The notes beneath the pieces are model-generated. The model worked only from the letters and a program-made list of their open reading frames with translations, did not search any database and was not told where the DNA came from. DNA of 64,000 bases from Lama guanicoe (taxonomy: Eukaryota), in contig MU053881.1 in NCBI GenBank assembly GCA_013239625.1, forward strand, positions 558,001 through 622,000, read 5' to 3'. Of the stretch, positions 12,201 through 22,500 are shown piece by piece (within the stretch, counting starts at the first letter, position 1; each line of letters begins with the position of its first letter). The position numbers were made by a program, and so were the translations under genes.

Positions 12201-14845
12201 GTAGACCGCTCACAGACCAGTGGTTTAGAGTCGTAACGGAAGTATGTTCTTGTTCTTTTTATTCTTCTGGTCCAGAAACACTACAACAAGAAGAGCGAGA
12301 GGGAGCTGGCAATGAGGATGTCCAAGAAAAAAAAAGAGGTACATGTAGGCCTCTATCTGCTGATGCCCGGGGGGAGGTCTCGGGGTGGTGGGGTCTGGTC
12401 GCCCCGTCGCTGCGGAAGAGCCCCCTGCCCGGGGGAGATGGCGGACTCGTGCCTGGCACCCGGCTCTCCCTGAGCCCAGCCCCTCAGCCGCCCAGCGCTC
12501 AGCAGCCCCAGGCCTGACTCTTGTAGCTGTGCACACCCCTGGCCATCACCACCTCCCTCTGGGGGTGCCTGCTTTCTGCCAGGACTCCTCCAGGTGCCCA
12601 GCCTCTCCTCAGGCCGCCCTCCCTCCAGCTTCCATGTGGTTCCATCTCCACCTTGGGGAAGGCAGGTCAGGGCCATCCTCATCAGCTGAGCTCAAACTCC
12701 CTTCAGCGTAACTCAGGGGAGACCCGTGGATATTCTGGGGTGTTTTTCCATCACCACCACCACCTCCACATGCCAGGGTATTTTGCAGTAGGGCCCAGGT
12801 AGCTCCATGCCAGACGACACTTAAACCCACTTAGCCCTGCTGCCAGCCCCCAGCCTTCTTTCTCTCATCTGACAGAGATTTATTTTTTCCTCCCAACTCG
12901 CAGAGGAGAAGGCGTCCAGCCCTCCTGACTGTCGGCACTACCTCCGCATGTGGGCCAAGGAGAAGGAGGCTCAGAAGGAGACAATTAAGGATCTTCCCAA
13001 GATGAACCAGGTAGGCCCAGTGGGAACACGCAACAGATGCTTCTGGAAAATCCTGACGACGGCTGGGCTCTACCACCGGCACCCCGCCACCCTGCCTCCC
13101 AGCAGCCCCTGGCATGTAGGAATTCCCCTGCCCTCCTCTAGAGCTGCTAGTCCGACGGCAGTCAGGGGCTCTTCCAGAAGGACAGGGGTCTTGTCCAGGA
13201 CACCCCGTGGGTGGTGACTTGCTTCAGTTCAGTCGGTATCTATGAGCCAGAGAAGTGCTGGGGAAGGTGAGCCGCGACAGGCGGAGAGTCACACCACCTT
13301 TCACAAGGCAGGGTCACAGTGCTCCTGCCCCCCTAGCCCAGCCCGGAGCTGGGCACACGCGGGCCTGCTAGGCCCACCGCCCGCCAGCCCCCTCCCAGCC
13401 CAGCCCGGAGCTGGGCACACGCGGGCCTGCTAGGCCCACCGCCCGCTGCCCACTTGCTGGTCTCTAGGTCGGGAGTGTGGCCTCTTGCCAAGGGTCTCAC
13501 AGCCAGGACCCCTGACATCTGACCAAAGGCAGTAGTTGAGCTGCAGCCTGACCACGGCCCACTGTGCCCCGAGGGGGGACCCAGCAATTCTGAGCGCTCC
13601 CCCATCCCCAGGCCTGAAGGATGGGGTGCCCGGTGGAGTGAGGCTTCATCCCACTCTCAGGCCAGGAGGCCTGAATGCATAGTTTCGGGACATGGAACCT
13701 GACCTCTCCTCCCCTCCCAACCGGCCCAGGCTGCCTGGCCTTGTCATCACTCCAAAGAGCTTCATGAAGGACAGAGCTGAAGTCGCTTCTGGTTAAAGAC
13801 AAAAAGCTCAAAGTGACTCTAAAACACAGTGAAGAAGGCCTTGCCGTCCCTGGGCTTGGAAAGTCATGATAGAAATAGGCCCATCTCTGCCAACAGAATG
13901 GACACAGACAGGGAGAGACCCCAAATCTTTCTATCTGTGTTGAAAGAAAGGCAGCTGGAAAAGAAAGCCCTTTCCCTCTCCGCACCTCAGTGTCCTAATC
14001 TGTGAAATGGGCTTGTCAAGGCACAGGTGTGTGGAGACAACTAACAGGACAACACCCCCACACAGTCAGATGGGCAGCATTATGAGTGGCTGACCTCAGG
14101 GCAGTCTGACCCAGCTTTTACCCTCTCCCTGTCCTTTTTCTGTTTTTCCCCTTAAAAGGAGCAGTTCATTGAGCTGTGCAAGACGCTTTACAACATGTTC
14201 AGTGAAGACCCCATGGAGCAGGACTTGTACCATGCCATCGCCACAGTGGCCAGCCTGCTGCTCCGCATCGGGGAGGTGGGGAAGAGGTTTACTGCACGGC
14301 CAGGCAGAAGGCCCAGGGACGATGCGCCTGAGGAGGACCAGCCGCCAGCCCCAGAGCCCCCTCAGGACACAGCCCGGGAGCTTCAGCTGCCAGCTGCAGG
14401 GGACCCCCAGGCCAAAGCAGGTGGAGACACCCACCTCGGGAAAGCACCGCAGGAGAGCCAAGTGGTGGGCGAAGGGGGTGGCGGCGAGGGGCAGGGCTCC
14501 CCCTCGCAGCCCCTGTCTGACGACGAGACCAAAGACGACATGTCTGTGTCCTCCTACTCGGTGGTCAGCACGGGCTCCCTGCAGTGCGAGGACCTGGCCG
14601 ACGACACAGTGCTGGTGGGCGGGGAGGCGTGCGGCCCTGTGGCCGCCACCCATTGTGGGGGTGCTGTTGACACGGACTGGTGCATCTCCTTCGAGCAGAT
14701 CCTGGCCTCCATCCTGACGGAGTCCGTGCTGGTGAACTTTTTTGAGAAGAGTGTAGACATTGGACTCAAGACCAAGGACCAAAGGAAGGTGGAGAGGCAG
14801 TTCAGCACCTCCAGCGACCACGAGCTGGCCACGGGTTTGGGCTGA
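272..14845 (+). CDS. TBC1D9B: TBC1 domain family member 9B (Rab-GAP with TBC and EF-hand regions), 5'-partial, spliced
   Basis: Exons 272-422, 896-1110, 2616-2733, 3799-4084, 5781-5910, 6037-6135, 6899-6967, 7991-8231, 8636-8701, 10267-10338, 10582-10632, 12276-12338, 12904-13010, 14159-14845. All have AG/GT ends; total 2355 nt in frame to TGA. TBC motifs [18 protein letters not shown] (Arg finger) and GYCQAMN (Gln finger); EF-hand-like [15 protein letters not shown]-terminal [16 protein letters not shown]. Synteny with MRNIP/SQSTM1. Confidence 0.96.
1345..2080 (-). mobile_element. Old LINE-1 (L1M-type) 3' fragment
   Basis: Typical antisense L1 3' text (ggctgaataatattccattgtatgtatacaccac; aagtggaattgctggatcatatggta). 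Recognised by eye; ends approximate. Confidence 0.75.
3077..3225 (-). mobile_element. tRNA-derived SINE (camelid type)
   Basis: Reverse complement reads GGGGAGGGTATAGCTCAGTGGTAGAG...GGTCCTGGGTTCAATCCCCAGT (A and B boxes) followed by an A-rich tail. Confidence 0.85.
11270..11452 (+). mobile_element. LINE-1 extreme 3' end with A tail
   Basis: gaaaaagaatatgaacatgaatatatgtgtattcacgtatgactgaagcattgtgttgcacaccagaaattgacacattgtaaactggctataactcaattaaaaaaaa; similar copies at ~22170 (-) and ~38330 (+). Confidence 0.7.
13335..13446. repeat. Two-copy tandem duplication, 62-bp period
   Basis: agcccagcccggagctgggcacacgcgggcctgctaggcccaccgcccgc at 13335 and 13397. Confidence 0.9.
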
Positions 14846-15370
14846 GGGCTCCGAGGCCGGGGGGATGGCCTATCTCTCCTGTCTCCCTTTCTGTTTTCTC
14901 CCTAAGGACAGACTCCTCCCGTTCTCCCCAGAAGCAGTGAGTCGTAAATGGAAAGAAGGCTGAACAGCTGCATTTGGGCCCAGGCAGGGGCTCCCCATCC
15001 GCTTGTCCTGCCTTGGGGCTGCCAGCCCCTGCATAGTGCCAGGGGCTCTCTGACCTGCCACACCCCGTCCTCCACCTCCTCTCCTACAGCCGCGTGCTCT
15101 GGGGGCTGTCCTGCCACTTGGCACCAGGTAGGGACGTCATGTGCCTGTTGGGCACCGAAGTGGTGAGAACTTTGAGGTGCTCTCCAGGAGCCCCTGCGCC
15201 TGAGCTGGCTGAGGGATACCGGGGTGGGTGCCACCTGTGCCAGCATTACACTAAACTCTGTTTCAGCTTGTCACCCTCACCATTAACCTTAAAAGCATAT
15301 CCCTCAGGTCCTGATATATTTCCTTGTGTTCATTTCAGTTGGCTAAAAATCACACTGTGCTCAATGCCTT

Positions 15371-15376
15371 AATAAA
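15371..15376 (+). terminator. Candidate proximal polyadenylation signal of TBC1D9B
   Basis: AATAAA ~525 nt after the stop codon. Confidence 0.5.
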
Positions 15377-15837
15377 TCCCTGAAAGAACTCAAAACCACA
15401 CTGTGTACAGAGAATTAATATGGCCCTCAACCACGGCTTTGGCCTCCTGGCTCCTCCCCAGGCAGGTATGGGGCCCAGGCCATGTTCCAGAGGCTCCATT
15501 CAGTCCCCCACAGGAGGTGGAGATTCAAGACCCCCAGAGAGGTTGGAGACATGGAAGCGTGGATGCAGGCTGGGCGGGGCCTACGGCCCTGCACCAGCAG
15601 AGGAAGCCCCAAGCTGCGCAGGTGTGAACAGCCTGGGTCCAGGTGCAGGAGGTGTGTGCTCGGGCCTGGGCTGCAGCGCACCTTTGGGTTCAGGAGGCAG
15701 ACTGTGGGGACATGGGCAGCAGGCTGAGCCATGTGGACCCCCAAGCTTTGCAGCAGGAGCCAGTTGTCAGTGTCAGCATTTGCACTGACACGGGGTTGCT
15801 CTTATTTCTACTAAAAGATACATCTCTGTGGCTGTTT

Positions 15838-16070
15838 TTTTTTTTTAACTTAATAGCTTTAATTGAGGCAAAACTTATATACCATAAAATTCCCTTGTTT
15901 TAAGTTACAATTCAGTGATTTTTAGTAAACTTACAGAGTTGTGCAACCATCACAATTCAGCTTCAGAATATTTCCATCACCCCAGAAAGACACCTCCTGC
16001 CCAGCGCTGCCGACCCCTGTTCCCTCCCCCAGCTCCAGGTAGCCACTAATCTATTTCCTGTCTCTTTAGA
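15838..16070 (-). mobile_element. Old L1M 3' end fragment
   Basis: T-rich tail followed by caattcagtgatttttagtaaacttacagagttgtgcaaccatcac; recognised by eye. Confidence 0.65.
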
Positions 16071-16140
16071 TTTTATGGATGGTTTTTAAAGTAACAATCT
16101 CCATGCTTTTACCTTGTTCACAACTGCTGGGTCACATCTC

Positions 16141-16146
16141 AATAAA
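16141..16146 (+). terminator. Candidate distal polyadenylation signal of TBC1D9B
   Basis: AATAAA ~1.3 kb after the stop, followed by a downstream U/GU-rich stretch (tgtttttctttctt). Confidence 0.55.
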
Positions 16147-18055
16147 TGCAGCAAAACAACATCAAGGAAACTGAACAATGTTTTTCTTTCTTAACAACAA
16201 GTAATGTAATTTCCTTCATAGTATTTACACAGACTGACATGTTCTGTCATAAATTAATTTCAGCAGATTCATTGCCAGACTGTTGGCCATAATTAAGTAA
16301 AGATGTACATAAGAATCCCACACAGTTGGCAGTTTAAAGTCTTAAACTGATTGTAATCAATTAGAAACATTTATATAAGTTGGAATTTGGATAAATGTTT
16401 ATGTACTATGTAGAAGAATAAATTTGAGATATACCAGTTAAGCAGAAGAATATAAAAGCGGATGCTAGCCTTTTTATATGATAAAAGAATGTACAATAGT
16501 ACTTTCATCTGTTAATCATTTAACCTGGCATGATATTCAAACTGTTTAACAACCAGAACAGTGACACTAAATATATGGATAATACAAAGTTTTAAATACA
16601 TTTTTTATTCTGTAAGTAAACATAACTATGTATTTTAAAACTGCTTACCAACTGATATGTTGTACCAAATCATTCATCAAGGCATTCTTATAATTTCCAA
16701 GAAAGAAAAAAATACATGTATATGAATTTTTTAAGGATTACATGTTTATTGCAAAAAGGAAAAAACACAGGAAAGTAGAAAAACAAATTTCCCTAGTATT
16801 TAAGACTCAGTTTTTTGGTGTTTTTGTTTCTTCTCTTTTTCAAAGTTGAACTCATACTATATGAAATTTTTATGTTTTCTGTTCTTTTCATTAACCACCA
16901 AACATTCTTTGCAGTTGCCTTCTGCTCTCGGCCGCGATGACTCAGACATGTGGAAATAAACACAGACCACCCAAATGAGAACAGGGACCATTTATCCAGC
17001 ACTTGCTTTAGAAAAGGAGTCAGCCACCATTACTTACATTTGGCAGAGACTCAAAGGCTGGCAGAGGGAAGGCTTCAAGTGTGCTTTGAATAGAGGCTGC
17101 TGGTGGGGACACAGTCTGGCTAACTAGAAGCAGGATGTCTTACATGATTGGTTTGATGAGCGTAACTGGCTTTCTCTGGTTGGTCCTGAGATGAAGGTGG
17201 GGGGTGCAAAGAGGCAGTCATTAACCAAGTCTTGACTGCTGTAGAGGTTGTGATTTGAGGGGGCGGTGGGGGGAGGGGGCCTGGTTGCTGCAGAGGTGGT
17301 CTGGACACTGTATATTCAGTCTCAAGCATCATTTTTTAACTATTTTTTTCTAATATATGCTATTATAGAAAGTTTGGATTTTCCAAAATTTAAAATCTAA
17401 TCTGTCCCCGACACCTGGAAATAATGCCTGCTTTTACCTAATTGAAAATATGTACACTTTGTAACCTCCTTGCTTCCCAACAATACACATGCCAACTTTT
17501 TAACTTCAAACTAAAACTCTTTGTAACGGACTTGCATAGTCGTGCATTCTTTAGAATATTTATTTCCATTTGCTTCTTGTTACACATCAGTTAACATCAG
17601 TGCATAAATTAATCTGGGTGATTCAGATGTTACTTAGGATAGAGGTCATTTCGAGGTTGTTTTTCCCTTTTATTGTTCTAGCATCCTTTAAGATGGGTTC
17701 TTACTTGTCAGGATTGGGCATTTCTGGTTTTCTTTTATACAAGATGATTTATGTTGTCAGGCACATGTGAATGCCTTGATGGGCTGGCATTAGGGTCCTG
17801 GTACAGGAGGAACATGCTGGGTGCAAAATTCCTCCCTGCCCAGAGCAGGACTTGGCCTCCACCTTTCAGAGTGGGGCTTCCTTGGGACTGCAGGAAGGAC
17901 TGATTTCGTTTTCAACTGCTGGCCATCTCTGTTTCTCTCTCTGAGAAGCGTAGAGATGGTGAACTGCCTACTCTCCTAGGATTCTCTGGCCCAGTTCAAA
18001 GGTTAACTGACTACCTCTGCCCAGGGGTCCTGCAAATTCTAACCATGGGCCCAGG

Positions 18056-18513
18056 TGTAATAGAAAAGAACAAATCTGACTCCATATTAGATTTGCTCCT
18101 TTTACTTGAACACTGTGCTGTTTCCCAGGCTGAGTCATGCTGATTCTGCACCTTTTGTAAAAGAATGTTGCCCATACCCTGAAATATACAGGAGAGCCTA
18201 TTTTCAAGGCTCTGGCCTTTACTAGTATAACATTTTCCCATTCATATAAAGATAAAAAGTTGCAAAATAGGAAATAACATTTGTCTTGTTGGAGGTTTGC
18301 AGCAACATCAGGACCTGACCTAGGTGGGCAACAACCAACCAGACTCCCTCCCCTTTTTAGTATAAAAGGAGCCTGAATTTTGACTTGGGGGAAGATGTTT
18401 CTCCAGGACTTCACGGTGTGCCATCTTCTCGGTTGGCCAGCTTTCTGGATAAAGTCGTTCCTCCTTGCCTCAATAGCTCGTCTCCGACTTACTGGCCAGC
18501 AGACTGGGAAACA
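18056..18513 (+). mobile_element. Solo LTR-like element (ERV1-type)
   Basis: Begins TGTAATAG...aacaaatctgactccatatt, has TATAAAA at 18361, a degenerate polyA signal GATAAA at 18448 and ends ...AACA. No clear target-site duplication; ends approximate. Confidence 0.6.
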
Positions 18514-18699
18514 GGGAGTGCCAGCTGGAGAAGGGAGGAGCCCTCCAGCTCCCTCTCTCCCACTTGAAGTAGTAGAAGGTAGGGAACCAACAACCGCCAG
18601 ACCGGATAGGGGACTTAAGGCCCCGCCCTTGCAAATTCAATCTGCCCAACTAGCCCAAGTGGAAATGGCTCGGGCTCAGAGAACCTGTGACCTGACTGC

Positions 18700-19540
18700 G
18701 GAAACTCCAAACAATGCCGGACTGGGCAGCGGACAGACGGCCTGGGTCCTGAGGTCGCCCTTGGTCCCAACCCACCACCAAGAAGCGCCACGGGATAGAG
18801 GGGCCTCCGGAGAGCGGGGGGCGAAGCTTCAGGGGGTCGGGGCGGAGCTTCAATGGCCGGCGCGTCTTGCGCACGCGCAAAAGAAGCTACGCCTGAGGCT
18901 GGAGGGGCCGCGCTCAGGCAGGGGGCGGGACCGGGGCTGACAGGGCAGCGAAGCGCACGCGCCGCGCGCCGGTGGCCGTAATGGCGCCTCCTCAGCAGGC
19001 GCGGGTCCTTCGGTGTTGCAGCTGCCGCCTCTTCCAGGCTCACCAGGTGGGGAGGGCGCCGGCCTCCCCCTCGTCCTCCGAACGCGGGGACCGCGGGCAG
19101 GACCGGTGGGGCCGCGGGGGGCCCGACCTCCTCCCCGCGCCCTGCCCGGCGTGGGCGCCGCCCCGTGCGGTCGCGGGGCCCGTACAAGTGACGCTGTGTC
19201 CTGAGAACGCGGGTTTATCGATGTCGCGTCTTCGTGACGTAGTTCTGGGCTTTTTTCGGGTTTTTCTTGGTTGGTAGATTCGTTTCTGCAGGGGCAGCTC
19301 GTGAGTGCCAGCAGGCAGGCGAGCGCACGGGGTGAAGGTGGAGGGAAAGCCGCCTCCTTGCAGAGCCTGGCCCCCAAAGTGGCTCTTTCTTGTTTTAAAC
19401 AGAAGAGAAATGATAGTTGTTGAAACTGAGGCACGACTGGGCGCCCCTGCTGGCACTCTGGCTCTGCCCGCGTCTTTACCCGCGTGGGGAGGCACTCGAC
19501 GCCTGCTTCCCAAAGTGTAAATAATCTCGCGCCTGGACTG
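18700..19540 (+). promoter_or_regulatory. CpG-island promoter of MRNIP
   Basis: CpG-dense; NRF1 consensus TGCGCACGCGCA at 18868-18879 and a second GCGCACGCGC at 18953; GC boxes at ~18839 and ~18922; spans exon 1. Confidence 0.85.
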
Positions 19541-22500
19541 GGTTAAACAAGATGACCGAAGTTTCTAAAACGTATTGCTTCCCTGACTGTCAGAGTGTAA
19601 GATGGGAGGTGTCACTTAACCTCTTCTTTCCTGGATCGTGGGTGTCCCCTCCTCCTCCTGGCTCTGTGCTAGTCTGCTGTGCCCTGAAGAATAACATCGA
19701 ACTTCTTTAAAATGTTTGCTAAAAAGTCAGACAGAAGCTGAGTGTGCACCGGCAGGTTTGCTGTGACTTCGTAAGGGCTATTTTAGGGGCTCAGGAACTT
19801 TTTCTTATTCCATTTTGGGGTTCTAGGAGTTGAGACTAAGTGGGCATCACTCCCACTGTTAAATTATTACACGTATATGATGTAGTGCATATTCTCATGG
19901 TCATTTTCAATTCTGAAAAGTGCTTTGAAACCAAGTGAGAAAGAAGAATTAGTTTAATTCCAAGTCGATTGTGTACCAGGCAGTTTCACACATCTCATTC
20001 AATTTCAGCAACCTCTGAAGTCTATACCGTTTTACAGAGAGAATACTGAAATCCAGAGAAATCAAGTAGTCTCTCCATCTAATAAATGACAGAGCCAGGC
20101 CTGTCCAATTGCAAAGATCCTGTTATACCATGTTCTGCCCGCCCCCACCCAGAGCCAGCCAGTTAACAGTTACTGTGTGTCCTTCCAGACCTTTTATTAT
20201 TTTTTAAATGCATTTCTTAAATACCTGTAGAAGGTACACAGTGTTTTTATGGTGTTTGAAGGTAGATGCTGAGAAGCAGAATTGCTGAATCTTAGGATGT
20301 ACCCACTTAAACGTGTAATAGATGTGCTTTTCCTTCTTAGAATCCTTTTGGGTGCTTCCCCAAAAGCCCTGATGATTTTTGTATTAGGATCATACTAATC
20401 ATACTAGTTTTTATTAATCAACCTAGACGTCTTTGTGATGTTAAGCGTGCTATTTCATTCCATCTCTTAAAACAACTTTGGTGCCCCCTGATAACATTTA
20501 CTTTGTTGCCATTATAGATGGACTTTTTTCTTTCACTGTCTCTTCTAACTAGATGTTTGCTTGCATAAACTCTACTAATTTTTGAAGATGTATTCATTTT
20601 CCACCCAGCCCCTATGTTAGACTGTCGTACTGGTTTTAGTAGTTTTTCATTTGATTATCTTGGGTTTTAAAGAAATAAGTCACACCTATACATAATGATA
20701 GGGTTTTTGTCTCCTTTTTGTACCTGTTATTGCTTTCTCTTTTCCAATGCCATCAGCTAGTACATCCAGAAAAAATGGTAAATAATAGTGCAGATCCTTG
20801 GCTTGTTCTTGACTTTCATGGGAATGGTTGTGGTGATTCTGCAGCTTTAGAGGTGGATGTCAGGCATTTTATTATGTTAAGAGGGAACTTATCTAGTCAG
20901 ATTTATTAAGAATCAAAATGTAGGCGGGAGGGTATAGCTCAGTGGTAAAGCGTGTGCTTAGCTTTCATGAGGTCCTGGGTTCAATCCCCAGTACCTCCAA
21001 TAAAAATAAATAAAAAGTCACCCCCCCCCAAAATAATTAAAATGTTATGTGGGTTTTTTTGATAACCACAGGTAGTAGCGATCTAATTAGATTTTGTTTC
21101 GTGTGGATAGCCAATTTCCAAGAATCACTTATTAAAGTCTCTTCTTTCTTCCTTTATAATACACTAAATTTTCATACATGTGTGGTGATTTGTTTCTGGA
21201 CTCTTCATTCTTTTCCGTTGATGTTTTAAAATTACTATTTTTTGATCCAGTTCCACCGGTTTTAAATAATTATCTTAGTGATATTTCTGAAATTTCATTG
21301 TAGGTGAAAAAAAGTCTCAAATGGACATGCAAAGCTTGTGGGGAGAAGCAGTCATTTTTGCAGGTGAGTCACGAGAAGCAGGGCACCTACTGCTTCCACC
21401 AGGGGGCAGGTGGGACCCAGCCCTGCAGAAGTATGTTTCTCACGGAGCCCAACTATGTGGTCTCAAGTTCGTTAGATACAGCGCTCCTGCTCCCTGAGTT
21501 CCTGTTCCTTGAGGAAGTGAAATGGATGGAGCAGTGCCTGGAAACAGTCCTTCCTCTGTTTATTGCCTTCACAGCTCTGCTGTCACGTAAGGAAGAGAAA
21601 CTAAAACACACATGGACACGCCATTTAGAACTGGAGTGAGCACATGAGAGGAAGTGCAGGGGTCTGTAAGGATAACTGGGGGCTCAGAGCTAACTGGGGA
21701 TGGGCAGGCAGCTAGCTGTTCGTAGAAGCAGGTGTGAGAAGGAGGGTGGGCAGGGAGACTTGATGGGGCATGTGGACTGAAGGGAGGAGGTTGTAAGTGC
21801 TCTTGTTGGTCCACTTTTTTCACTTAGCATCACAGTTCTTTTCAAGTCCATACCTGTTGACCCACCTGGTCTCTTTAAAGCCACAGACTCCTCATTGAGC
21901 CCCTTGTTCACCTGCTCCAGCCCTTGGTGCCACTGCTCTAACCTCCTCTCATCATCTTCCTCCATGAGCCATAGGGGCTTTCCCTTCTGACCTTGAAACA
22001 GGCCACATCCGCCCCCTTCTGGGGGCCTTTGTGCTCCTTGTTGGGACCTCTCTTAACTAATCCCATCATCCTGATCAGAAATATATTCGAAGGTGAGTGC
22101 TGTCCGTCTTCGCCGACTGCAAGTTCCGCAAGAGTGGAGCCTTTGCCTGTGTTATTCATGTGCCCTTTTTTTTCTTTACTGAGGTGCAGTCATTTACAAC
22201 ATGTCAGTTTCTGGTGCACAACACGATGTCCCAGGCATGCACATATATACATATATTCGTTTTCATATTCTTTTTCATTAAAGGTTATTACAAGATATTG
22301 AATATAGTTCTTTGTGCTACACAGAAGAAATTTGTTTTTTATCTATTTTTATATGTATTGGTTAACATTTGCAGATCTCAAACACCCAAATTTATCCTTT
22401 CCCAGCCCCTTTTCCCCCGGTAACTATAAGACTGTTTACTATGTCTGCAAGTCTGTTTCTGTTTTGTAGATGAGTTCAGTAGTGTCCTCTTTTTCTTTTT

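Noticed and set aside
20923..21000. tRNA genes (also ~3150, ~27900, ~28180, ~28300)
   Set aside because: Mutually divergent copies with A-rich tails and no intact acceptor stem; they are SINEs.
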